DNA of 64,000 nt from Oculina patagonica. Lineage: Eukaryota. This document shows, one piece after another, positions 49,818 through 60,948 of this stretch (position 1 is the stretch's first letter; each line of letters starts with the position of its first letter). Under the pieces are notes generated by a model. It saw only the letters and a list, made by a program, of their open reading frames with translations, was not told the DNA's origin and did no database searches. The DNA lies in the NCBI RefSeq assembly GCF_052425735.1, contig NC_135770.1:4278001-4342000 (forward strand), written 5' to 3'. A program made the position numbers and the translations under genes.

Positions 49818-51847
49818 TCCTGTGTATGGTAGCTCGATAATAATTGCCTAGTTTCCAGCGTTCAAAAGGTCATCATTATATTGACGTGAGCATTTACACC
49901 CGTTTTTAGGAAAATCTGTCACTAAGTGCTTACAGTACAATGGAGTATTAAACAGTCACTATTTCAAGTGCTTTTATTGCAAAATCTGTTTCAAGAGTCA
50001 TCATCAAAATGGTGAAAAATCTGAAAGAAAACGATGTGAAGTTCTTCAACCCTTGTTGTAATGAACATGCTTTTTGAAAATCGTCACGCAATCTTATCCA
50101 AATGTTTAATCGTTTCTGCTTTTACGGACAATACGAAAGAGGTAACATCAACTCCTGTTCATACTTTAAATTTTGTGAAGCATATAACATTTATGACTGT
50201 TTCGTTTTCATCCATAATCATCCATGATGCCCCTAGCTTGCTATAAGCATTTTAAATTAAACTCCCGAACACAAACCTCTAACCAATTTTAACCGGCTTA
50301 CGAAAACCGCGCAATCTGTTCACTATGCCATACGGCATTAGACTCATGTCACCCTTGGTGACCTATTTTTTATGAATGCAAAGCAAATTTGTGTCAGCAG
50401 CAAAAAGAATAAATGATAAAATCTTGGGCAGCATATTGAAATATCGAAGATAGGCCACCCCTGAGGCACTACACATGTTATTGAAAAGCTTTCAGAGCTT
50501 ACTGGCTTGTATTTTCTTTTTGTTAAGTTGTTCAGTTTAGTGCCACTCGTTTGCTCGCTTGCAATTCCCCTAATTCCATAATGGTCAAGTTTCCTTAGAA
50601 ATATCTCATGATTTACATGCAGTATCGAATGACTTTGCGAGGTCTAAAATATACTTGCAATGGCTATTTATTGTTATATATTGCTTGTGATATTTTTGTC
50701 ATCAGCCTAATAGTTGCTAAGCTTGTTGAGTGTTTTTCAGAAAACCATACTGACATTAGAATAATATGTTGCTCTGGTCAAAATATTGAAGTACTCTTTT
50801 TTTTTTAATAATTTTTCTGGGCCATGGGAGAGCAGAGCTAGGTCTGCAATTAGAGTATCCTTCTTCATTGTTTGCTTTAAATTCTGGGGTAACAAGTACA
50901 ACATAAGGTCATAAGGAATCATACCAGTAAGAAATCTAAAGAAAGCAGTGGTTACTTATGTATTTTAATTTCATCCTGACCACAAGGCTTGTTTCCATTC
51001 AGCCGGCTTATTTCAAACTCTTCTCCGTTCCTTTATTGAAAAAAAAAAGAAAGAAAGAAATTGAAACAGGCTTCTTGTGTTTACACAAAGTATCAGGCCG
51101 AATTAAGCCTACGGCGCAGTCAAGAGAATTCGGGCCAGAGTTCTTTAACAAAAACTCAGTCGTTGAGTCCATTCAAAGTGCTTAACAAATTACGGCGTTG
51201 CGGGATTTATTGCTCGGCGAAAGAATCAAAATAAACAAATAAATAAATGAATAAAACAATGCACTAGACCTTTGTGTTCAATAATAGAAGGAAAATCTAT
51301 TTACAAGGTTGAAAAGGTTGAAATACCTAAAAAGAAAAAAAAAAACGTTTTGACATAATTTGACATATCTTTTCCTTTTTAAGTAGCTAAACCTTTTAAG
51401 CCTTGTAATCAGTACTTATTTTAACCTATAGCGAATAATATGGACGTCATTTGGGCGTTTCATTTCTAATTTTATCATCACCAATGATATTAAAATATTG
51501 ATACTAGCTAAATTTAATATATGGTTTTCTCTACGAAGAAATGTGGCATGTGAAAACGTTTATTTTGATGCCTGACGTCCTGAGCCGCCTGTATAAATCG
51601 TCCACGCAAATGCAAAACGCTCGCCACTATATATTTACACTAGAAGCTTGCAACTTCAAACAGCCCACAAATCGTGCTTATTCAGCTTTGAACAGCCTTC
51701 AACCTCACGATTTTTAACAAAGCACCAAGAATTGAGGTTTCGTTGTATTTTTTGTGGACCAACACAGCTGCTAACGTTTGATAACAACTGAGTAGAGTTC
51801 TGAGCTTCATTTGTGTACCAACATTGTGAAGTACACACGCAAAGACA

Positions 51848-52789
51848 ATGGGAGAGAGAGAAATCCTTCGCCTTCTCGTGGCCGCAAACTTGATTGCTTT
51901 CGTTCTTGGCCATGGAATGCTGATAAACCCAGCTAGCAGAAACTCTGCATGGCGGTATTTCCCCAATCGCCCAGCGCAGTACACGGACAACGAGCTGAAC
52001 TGTGGAGGTTTCAGCGTCCAGTGGAGCAAGAACAAAGGCAAATGTGGAGTGTGCGGTGACGCTTATCATCTTACAAGCCCGAGGTACGTCTACCCTGGGA
52101 GGTACGCCAAAGACCGCTTCATCACCAAGACCTACAAAGAAGGGCACACAATTGAAGTTACCGTAAGAATCACTTCAAACCACCAAGGCTTTTTTCGCTT
52201 TAGCGTGGGCAAGCTCGAGAACAGAGAGCGACCCATCACTCAAGAGCAACTTAAGCACGTCCTCCTGCAACCCGATGGTTCCAACACATGGCCGCTTCAC
52301 TCATCCAGAACTGGAAATTTCAAGATTAAACTCAATCTTCCCAAAGGCCTGACATGTGACAATTGCGTGATGCAATGGTGGTGGACTGTCGGCAACAACT
52401 GGGGCTGTGACGAGGACGGCAATTGTGGAGTTGGCAAAGGGAAGAAACAGGAGACGTTTGTGAATTGCGCTGATATTAAGATTGTGGGAGCTGGAGGCCC
52501 AGCGCCGCCTGTCACTGAGGCTCCTCCGACAGAAAAACCCACCACTCAGGCTCCTTCCACGGTAAAGCAAACCACAAAAAGGCCCAACACAGAAAAACCC
52601 TCTACACAAAGACCCTCTACGCAAGGACCCCCAACTGAAGGACCTGCTACCACAGTCCCAGCAACAAGACCTCCTACTGGAGGGTGCAAAGCCACAGGAG
52701 CGTGGGCCGGGAATGCTAATATGGACAAATGGTGTCGTGTTAACTGTGCAGCGGGTTATTGCCCTTCCAGCATTTGTGTATGTGCTTAA
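51848..52789 (+). CDS. Secreted AA15-type LPMO, copy 3 (313 aa)
   Basis: Signal peptide ..AFVLG|HGMLINPASRN; TSNHQG; QWWWTVGNNWGC; QETFVNCADI; linker; GGCKATGAWAGNANMDKWCRVNCAAGYCPSSICVC. Confidence 0.92.
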   Translation: MGEREILRLLVAANLIAFVLGHGMLINPASRNSAWRYFPNRPAQYTDNELNCGGFSVQWSKNKGKCGVCGDAYHLTSPRYVYPGRYAKDRFITKTYKEGHTIEVTVRITSNHQGFFRFSVGKLENRERPITQEQLKHVLLQPDGSNTWPLHSSRTGNFKIKLNLPKGLTCDNCVMQWWWTVGNNWGCDEDGNCGVGKGKKQETFVNCADIKIVGAGGPAPPVTEAPPTEKPTTQAPSTVKQTTKRPNTEKPSTQRPSTQGPPTEGPATTVPATRPPTGGCKATGAWAGNANMDKWCRVNCAAGYCPSSICVCA

Positions 52790-54071
52790 AAGCGTATTTA
52801 CCGTAAAGGCGTTGATTTTATATGTAGTAATGTTTGTTTGATGATTCAGTCTTAGGTTGTAGCTAGGTCTTATTTACTGATATCAATAAAAGTGGGCCAA
52901 TTTCTTCACCAGCTGACTTCTGATTTTGTTCCGAAATAGTTAGTGTTTTGAGCATTTTCGGCTCAGTGAATTACCAACAAAGCATGGTCTGTATATTTCT
53001 CCCGGTCTTGAGTGACTTGTCGGGGATTGGAGTAACAAGTTCTTAAAAAATATCATAAAATGTTTAGTGTACCCTAGATCTGTTTCAGCTGGTTTATTGT
53101 TTTTCACGAGTCTTAACGATGCACTAGATCTTTGTGTGCAATAACACGAGAAAAACAAAAAAGAAAACAATTTTTTCGCGAAAAGCCAATCAAGTGCAAA
53201 CCACGAGTCGAAACGATTGGGGGGGAACTCCCTTATATAAGCTATATAAGTATGCGAGGCGCCAAAGGGTATAGTTTTTGAGCCGTTCTGGCCACAAATA
53301 GGGTAAGGATTTGGACCATCTTTGGTTTGTGATCGCAAACCGGAGCAGTTCCTGGGTAATGTCTAGTCAGAAATAAGTGAAAGAAAAACATATATTTTGT
53401 ATGAAGTATGGTAAGGGTTTTTTTGGAAACGTGCCGCACACTCCCACCAAAAATTTAGGAGAGTAACTAGGAGCCCATTCCTGGAGCCTGAGTAACCCAA
53501 CCACCAAACCACCACCCCCTCCTCCCAGACCCCCCTGGGACATACTTTTGTCACGGTCTTGGCTCGAGTTTTTGCACGAAATGCAAAGTTGAATATATAG
53601 TCATATTCCTTAATTATTATACACATCATTTGGACGGTTAAATTTTTAATTTTAACAGCAATAGTGGGAATGTTGTCGCTGTTGTTAAGTTTTATATTTG
53701 GTTTCCTCTATGGAATTGTTGCATGTGAAACCGTTTATTCAGACGCCTGCATGAGTGTCTGAACCGCCTGTACAAATCTCCCCCACCCTTACACAGCAAA
53801 CACGCCGCGCAAAATTTACACTAGAAGCTTGCAACCTCAAACATTTCAAAAATAGTGCTTATCCAGCTTTGACCAGCATTCAACCTCCCGATGTTTTAAC
53901 AAAGCTTCTAGAATTGACGCTTCGCTATATTTTTCAGGTGGAGCAACACAGCTGCTCACGTGATTCCATACTAGTCAAGTCAACTGAACGTTTGAAATCA
54001 CATTGATAGCACACGAGACAGCTCCGAACTTCATTTGTGTACCAGCACTGTGAAGTACACAAGCTAAGACA

Positions 54072-54719
54072 ATGAGAGCAAGAGAAATCATTCGTCTCTT
54101 CGTGGCCGCAAGCTTGATTGCTTTGGTTCATGGTCATGGAATGATGTTAGATCCCGCCAGCAGGAACTCCGCATGGAGATTTTTCCCCAATCGTCCAGCA
54201 CAGTACACAGACAACGAGCTGAACTGTGGCGGTTTCAGCGTCCAGTGGAGCAAGAACAAAGGCAAATGTGGAGTGTGCGGTGACGCTTATCATCTTGAAA
54301 ATCCGCAGTACGTCTACCCTGGATTGTACGCCAAAGACCGCTTCATCACCAAGACCTACAAAGAAGGGCACACAATTGAAGTTACCGTTAAGATCACGTC
54401 AAACCATCAAGGGTTCTTCCGTTTTAGAGTAGGCAAGCTCGAGGATCCGAAGAGTCCCATCACTCAAGAGCAACTGACACACCTTCTGCTGCAACCCGAT
54501 GGTTCCAACACATGGCCGCTTCACTCGTCAAAAAATCAAGAGTTCAAGATTAAGCTCGTGCTTCCCAAAGGCCTGACATGTGATCACTGCGTGATGCAAT
54601 GGCGGTACACTGCGGGCAACAACTGGGGCTGTGATAAGGACGGCGATTGTGGAGTTGGCAAAGGGGACCAACAAGAGACTTTTGTGAACTGCGCAGATAT
54701 TAAGATTGTGGCAGCTTGA
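54072..54719 (+). CDS. Secreted AA15-type LPMO, copy 4 (catalytic domain complete; 3' end uncertain, abuts the gap)
   Basis: ..ALVHG|HGMMLDPASRN; TSNHQG; QWRYTAGNNWGC; QETFVNCADI; TGA falls 4 nt before the N run. Confidence 0.85.
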   Translation: MRAREIIRLFVAASLIALVHGHGMMLDPASRNSAWRFFPNRPAQYTDNELNCGGFSVQWSKNKGKCGVCGDAYHLENPQYVYPGLYAKDRFITKTYKEGHTIEVTVKITSNHQGFFRFRVGKLEDPKSPITQEQLTHLLLQPDGSNTWPLHSSKNQEFKIKLVLPKGLTCDHCVMQWRYTAGNNWGCDKDGDCGVGKGDQQETFVNCADIKIVAA

Positions 54720-54723
54720 GCTC

Positions 54724-54864
54724 NNNNNNNNNNNNNNNNNNNNNNNNNNNNNNNNNNNNNNNNNNNNNNNNNNNNNNNNNNNNNNNNNNNNNNNNNNNNN
54801 NNNNNNNNNNNNNNNNNNNNNNNNNNNNNNNNNNNNNNNNNNNNNNNNNNNNNNNNNNNNNNNN
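54724..54864. other. Assembly gap (141 N)
   Basis: Run of N. Confidence 1.
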
Positions 54865-54932
54865 CGAACAAATGAATGAATGTATGAATGAAATAAGCTG
54901 AAGGTAAAATATGAAGAAAAAATAAATAAGTA

Positions 54933-54991
54933 AATGAATGAATGAATGAATGAATGAATGAATGAATGAATGAATGAATGAATGAATGAAT
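54933..54991 (+). repeat. (TGAA)n microsatellite
   Basis: About 14 perfect units; source of the FIHS-repeat ORFs. Confidence 0.95.
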
Positions 54992-55963
54992 AAGTGTTGT
55001 AGTGCAGCATTCAAGGCGTGCATTGAATTGAGAATTAACTGCATACACCTCTACCTAAGTGCCCTATATGACCTTTTTACAATCTTTTGTTTTTTATTCA
55101 GTTGAATGAAACATTATATCATTCTCAAAAGAGGTGCAGAGGACATGGAACGAATTTTGCCAACATTTTCGCTAGACCCGGAGTACGCAGGTATCTCCCA
55201 TGAGAAGAACGAAAGGTTGTTTGTCCTGCACAGTTGCTTCGAGTTTATTTTAATTTTTCTGTATCATATTACAGGATAGAGTTTCTTGTTAAACACCATA
55301 AAGAGTGACGAGGGGTGACGAATATCCTGCGCAGAAGAAGCAAGAGTCGAATACCTAAAGGCGCAAGATTTGGCCACTCGCGCGCGCCAGAAATACTCGT
55401 GTTTCATCGTGCGCATTTTTCTCGCGAGAAAGTACGCGGAAATGTTCCTCCTAGCTTTTATACAATATCGTGCCTGTTATGCAAGAAAGCATCGTTGACC
55501 TTTAAGTCCCAAATTCAAAAAAATTATATTCTCGTAAATCATAGCAAACATTTCTTTTTCCGTTAGTTCTGAAAATTTCGTGGCAAATCAAAACAATATC
55601 CTAAGTTGATTATTTTCTTAATTCTCTAAACGTGACTTCTTCACAATGTGTTGATATTTTGACGGGAAATTACACGCTGATCATATTATAAGAACATAAT
55701 TTAAATGAAAATGAACATTTTCTCGAGTGTCTTTATAGAACTTATTGACTGCTCTTAGACCTTTCATTGGAAGTAATAGTATCTAACAAAAAATCAAAAT
55801 CAAACATACAATCTCAGTACTCTTATAAGTCTTCGTTTATTGAAATGATACCATTACCTTATTTTCACAATGTTCACTGTCAAGTCTACAGATAACCCAG
55901 ATAACCCGTTCCCTTTCTAATCACATCGAGAAATTCAGCTAATTGGTGTCAAAGTTCTTCTTT

Positions 55964-56812
55964 CTAAGTACAAATGCAGATACTTTCTGGGCAGTGACCT
56001 TTGGCGCAGTTATCTCGGCACCAAACATCCATGGCTGCGTTCCCTTTATAAGGACCTGTAGCTTGGCAGCCCCCGGGGTTAGGGGCATTTGTGGGCGGAG
56101 GGTCGGTAGGTTTCTGGGTTGTCGGTTGTGTAGTAGGAGGCGGTGCCTGTGTTGGTGGAGGCGGGGGCACACTTCCGTCGCTTTTGGTAATTCTGATGTC
56201 TGCACAGTTAACGAAGGTCTCCTGTTCTCCTTTCCCCATACCGCAGTCATTAGGTGCGTCGCAGCCCCAGCTGTTAGCCACCTTCCACCACCACTGAATC
56301 ACGCAGTGATCACATGTCAGGCCTTTGGGAAGTACCAGCTTGATTGTGAACACCTCATTCTTCTTCGAGGGTATTGTCCACCTGCTGGCACCATTGGGCT
56401 GCTTCAGTACATGCGTCAGCTTCGCTTGAGTAACGGGAGGGGTTCCGATCGCGCCCACACTGAACGTAAAGTGCCCCTGATGGTTGGAGGTGACATCTAC
56501 CAGCACATCAATGGTCTCCCCTTCGGTGTACGTGTTAGTGATGGTCCCAGTGGCGTACTTCCCGGGATGTGTGTACAGCGCCTCGCCCTTTTTGAAATGG
56601 TACGGATCTCCACAGACGCCACACTTGCCATTGTTGGTTTCCCACTGGACGCTAAACCCGCCACAGTTCAGCTCGTTGTCTGTGTCTTGCCTCGGCGTCA
56701 AAAATCCATACCGCCAGGCTGCGTTTCGGCTAGCTGGTTGGATAAGACGACCGTGACCCAGAACTAAGGTTATCACATTAAGCGCGACAAAGGCTTGAAA
56801 AATCGCTGCCAT
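55964..56812 (-). CDS. Secreted AA15-type LPMO, copy 5 (282 aa)
   Basis: MAAIFQAFVALNVITLVLG|HGRLIQPASRNAAWR; TSNHQG; QWWWKVANSWGC; QETFVNCADI; linker; 6-Cys module. Confidence 0.92.
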   Translation of the reverse strand: MAAIFQAFVALNVITLVLGHGRLIQPASRNAAWRYGFLTPRQDTDNELNCGGFSVQWETNNGKCGVCGDPYHFKKGEALYTHPGKYATGTITNTYTEGETIDVLVDVTSNHQGHFTFSVGAIGTPPVTQAKLTHVLKQPNGASRWTIPSKKNEVFTIKLVLPKGLTCDHCVIQWWWKVANSWGCDAPNDCGMGKGEQETFVNCADIRITKSDGSVPPPPPTQAPPPTTQPTTQKPTDPPPTNAPNPGGCQATGPYKGNAAMDVWCRDNCAKGHCPESICICT

Positions 56813-59054
56813 CTTGCGCGTACTTGGCTCGGCAACTTCTTAGCTTTTGTGATCTCGAACTGATAACACCTCGAATTATAGCCTTTTACCAAAGTTTTCC
56901 ACGTGATGTACAATGTTGAATTAGCTGTTATGTGAAGAGCAAACACAGGGGAGATGTGTCTAAAATGCTGTATAAGATGTCTTGTGTTGGAAAGACTTAA
57001 AATCAGAGGATGTGTACAGTGTATTCACACCTTGATGGTTTGAGATAAGAGTGTCATTGTCGCACAGAGGAAAAGTTGACAATTTACACACAGGTGATTC
57101 TGGGTAAACATCACAGATACAGGTGATTACATCGGGCTTTGTGTACATTTAGATATTTTTGTCGGCGAGGGTGGAGGTGTAGGTAGGAGAGGAAATCAAG
57201 TTTTTGTATCGGTAAAAATGGCAAATTCACTGATTTAGAACAGAATAATAATTGTAAAACTTTACGACAAAATTAGCTCTAATTAAAAATCTATTAAAGG
57301 ATCTCAAGGATCCCTCGCAACCATGATACGTCGCCCGCGCGACGTGTGGCATCCGATATTTTTTCTGTCATCTAATTTCGGACATTTCGCATGTTGAAAA
57401 GAAATCCTCGTCCATCCTTGTGCGTTTGCATTATTGAAGTCTTTAACTGCCACAAATGCTTTTTTGGAATAAAATTTATAAGTTGAACTTGAAGATAAGG
57501 ACCCTAGACAGCCTCCGCCATTTTCGATGCCATCGAAATTATGAAAACTGTACGGCGAAACGAAATCTTAAGTTGTGTTAGGCAGTTTCAAAGTTAACCC
57601 TTTCGTTTAGACACGCTCCACGAAAAACATATTACCGAAACTCTTGCATATGAATAAAAACAAAGGCGTGGCAGACAGGGTCCTTTAAAGACTAAAAGCA
57701 ATTTCGCCATATTCTTATGCTTTTAATTCTCTTGTGAGTTTTAGTTTTGTTGTTTTGCGCATCGTTTATTAAAATTAAACCTGCGAAAGATAATCCACAG
57801 AAAAAAGGAAAGTATTACCTACATTCCTGCCATAAAATATATGTAAGACAGTAAAAATACGAATGACAGCTGTTAAAGAACCGTTATTTTTATTATCATT
57901 GCATTTGATAAGAATAGTCCGTTTTTGTACATTTTTTGCGCGTAAACCATGGAATATCGCAAAATCCAGTTTACCCGCGAAAATTTAACCAGTACCGTAT
58001 TTTCTCGATTTAACGCCGGGTCTCGAATTAACGCCGGGTTTTCAAGGTGGAGTTGTAAATAAACACCTCAGGCATTTTTGTGAGGTATGAAAAGCTGTAG
58101 TTGTAGTCCGGCAAGATATTTGACTGTCAAAATTAATGTATAAAACCCCTTTTTTACTAACCACCGTGCTCGAAAAAACTGCAGGAGTCAAATAATTGCC
58201 GGGTCCACCAGGCCAAGTTTGAAATGAACGCCTGGGATGTTTTAACCAATTTTGAACGAGCTCACGCGAATTCTAAAGCCGCGCAAATATAGAGCAGGGT
58301 TCTGTGGAAATTACTTTATCTGAAGTACACACATCGATGAAGATTGCTATACTTTAAATTTCTTAGCTTAAAACGAGCAGACGGTCACGAAGATTAAAAC
58401 GGCTAACATTGGTCGTTTTAATCAAGTTTCTAACATGCACAGTAGACACAGACAATAGTACTCAAATTCTGAATCAACTACTCAGAAGCTATATCGATTT
58501 TCCTTTTGTCCGACGAATCATGGAAAAACTCTGTACATTATTGCTAACTTTAATTTTACCAAACAGATATGAAAAGCTTAAACTTACCGTAGAAAGAGTT
58601 AGCCAAATTTCGCGTCGAAGCCTAGGTTTTTGCGTCGTTTGCGATTGTTTTTACTTAACAAATCATCCTCAAAACAATTAAAAACCGAAAAAAAAACGAC
58701 GTTTGCAGCAGAAAGAAAGGAAAGCGTCTATAGTAAAATCATATTTATTTCATCTAAAACAGATTAGTTTCAATTCATAAGCAATGAAGGCAAAACGACA
58801 TCGATGAGACACACTTGACTCATAAAGCACAATGCGTTCATGGAATGAATCTGGCTTGCAAAAGCTACACATACGAATAAGGAAGTCACATTCACCTAGG
58901 AGTACAAGTGGTAGTGAGGTGTTAACTATATATTATACCTGTTTACCCGTTTTTTTTTTTCAAATTCCGGGCAGTTTCTTAAGACTCCAAATCTTTTTTT
59001 TCCTAAACAATAATGACCCCTTGTACTTTAAAGACTCAAAAACTCATTCCCAGG

Positions 59055-59330
59055 TTGCGCGCGTTTGGTTCGGCAACTTCTTAGTGCTTGTAATTTTAAA
59101 CTGATAGCAAATCAAATCAAAGCCTTCACGGGAGTTTTTCACGTGATTCACGACATTGAATCACCTGTGTTGTGTTAAGATAAACACAGAAGATTCATGT
59201 CTGAAACGCTGCAAAAGACGTCTAATGTTTGAAATACGTTTAAACAGAAGATGTGTACAGTCCAGTTACACCTTGGTGATTTGTAAATAAGAGTGTCATT
59301 CTTGAACGCAAAAGTTACACACAGCTGATA
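59055..59330 (-). pseudogene. Orphan LPMO upstream/5'UTR block with no coding sequence (remnant of a probable seventh copy)
   Basis: Collinear similarity to 56814-57090 (upstream of copy 5) that stops at the start-codon position. Confidence 0.6.
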
Positions 59331-60948
59331 CCGTGCATATTGTGAGATTGTTTTGGGGGAGGGGACAGGAGACCTGACTTCACCACAAATTATTCACTTT
59401 TATATACGTTACGTTCAATTGAAATACTACCGGCCAGGCCATTGAGTTAAGATCGCCGTAGTGAATAAAATAAGCCCTTAATCGAAAAGAACGCTTACTT
59501 TTTATTAGCCGGACTCGCTGATATTTCGGTTAAAATCAAATCGGATTCTTGCATATGTTGTCTGAAGTTGACATACATCGATGTACTTTTTTTTTACTTT
59601 GAGAGTTCTCAGCTCGAAATGAGCAGACGTTCACGAACATTGAGATACCGGCCTAACACGGATTTTGTATTGGTTTTGCCGTTTTTAAATTTCAGCTTTC
59701 ACACACGAACATGAATAGCCTGCGAATACAACCGCCTCTTATCATTCTGGCAGGCAAAAGCGGTGTAAGAAAAGTAAATGTTACTTTATTTACCCACGTA
59801 ACACAAAAAACTTTCAAGAGCATGTTATAAAGTCTATGTGTATCAAGATTGAATTGGAATTTGAAGTGTTGGCTTTTAATTTTTGAAGGGAAGCAAACCG
59901 GAGAACATGAAGAAAAACTCACAGAGCAAGGACGAGAACCAACAACAAACATTGGTGGGAGGCGAGCGCTCTCACCACTGCGTTAACCCTGCTTAGGCGT
60001 TTTTCTCTCTATATATTTACCAGCTGCTGTTGTAACAGAACGTAGTCTTGGAAAATATATAAAAATTGAAACCTTTCCTTCACTTGTAACACGTTCCTTC
60101 ATTTTAACACGTTATTTACAACAGTTTAGACGTGAAACAATAAGAGTCATAAGTACTCTCTACATAGTTTTTTTGGTCGAACTATAATACTTTAGCGGAA
60201 CCACAGGTTGGTTTTATCATCGAACACGGAACTTGAAAATCCCACTTTAACAGAGCTAATAAAACTCGGACGGGCGAGCTTTTTGCCCTTCCTAGTGAAA
60301 TTGACACCTTCCTGGCTTAGGTAAGGGTAAATTCTGCGTTCGATGCCGGTACTAATACTTACTGCTTAGTAAAGAAAGGCACTGTAAGAGTAAACTAGCA
60401 TACACGATATACCAAAATGGCAATTGATATTATTTTCTTTTGTAACTCATTTTAATAAAGTCAGGATTTAGATTTAGGAGCCCAGGGGAAAAAGCTAGGG
60501 CTATATTTCAAATATAGCCCTAGGGAAAAGTTTCCGTGTATTCAATAAGATCAGATACCCATAATATGGGTTTCTGATAAGATCCAATCAAAAATACACA
60601 CAAATACTCCGGAAGTCATCATTTCAGCATGACGTAATGGTTTATGTTTCTTAGCAAATTGGAACGAAAACTTCGACCTCAGTCTTTTTTTGACGACATG
60701 CTCTCTCCCACTGGTAATTATTCTCCCGTGTTTAGTGCATAATTGATGAAACTCGACGCATTATAAGTGAAATATTGGCGTGTTTTATTGTAGATCTGTG
60801 CAGGATACAAGCGGAACAGTACGACTGAAAAGGTTATATGCTTTGAATTTCTCTCCTATTACAGTTTTTATTGTCCAGTCTACAGATATCCCCTCCCCTT
60901 TCTAACAACATCAATTATTTCAACTAAAACGCATGACAGTTCTTCCTT

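Noticed and set aside
54528-55048. FIHS-repeat ORFs
   Set aside because: Translation of the (TTCA)n microsatellite through the N gap
55943-56767. 274-aa + ORF (also 61033-61791 and similar ORFs antisense to the LPMOs)
   Set aside because: Antisense shadows of GC-richer LPMO coding sequence
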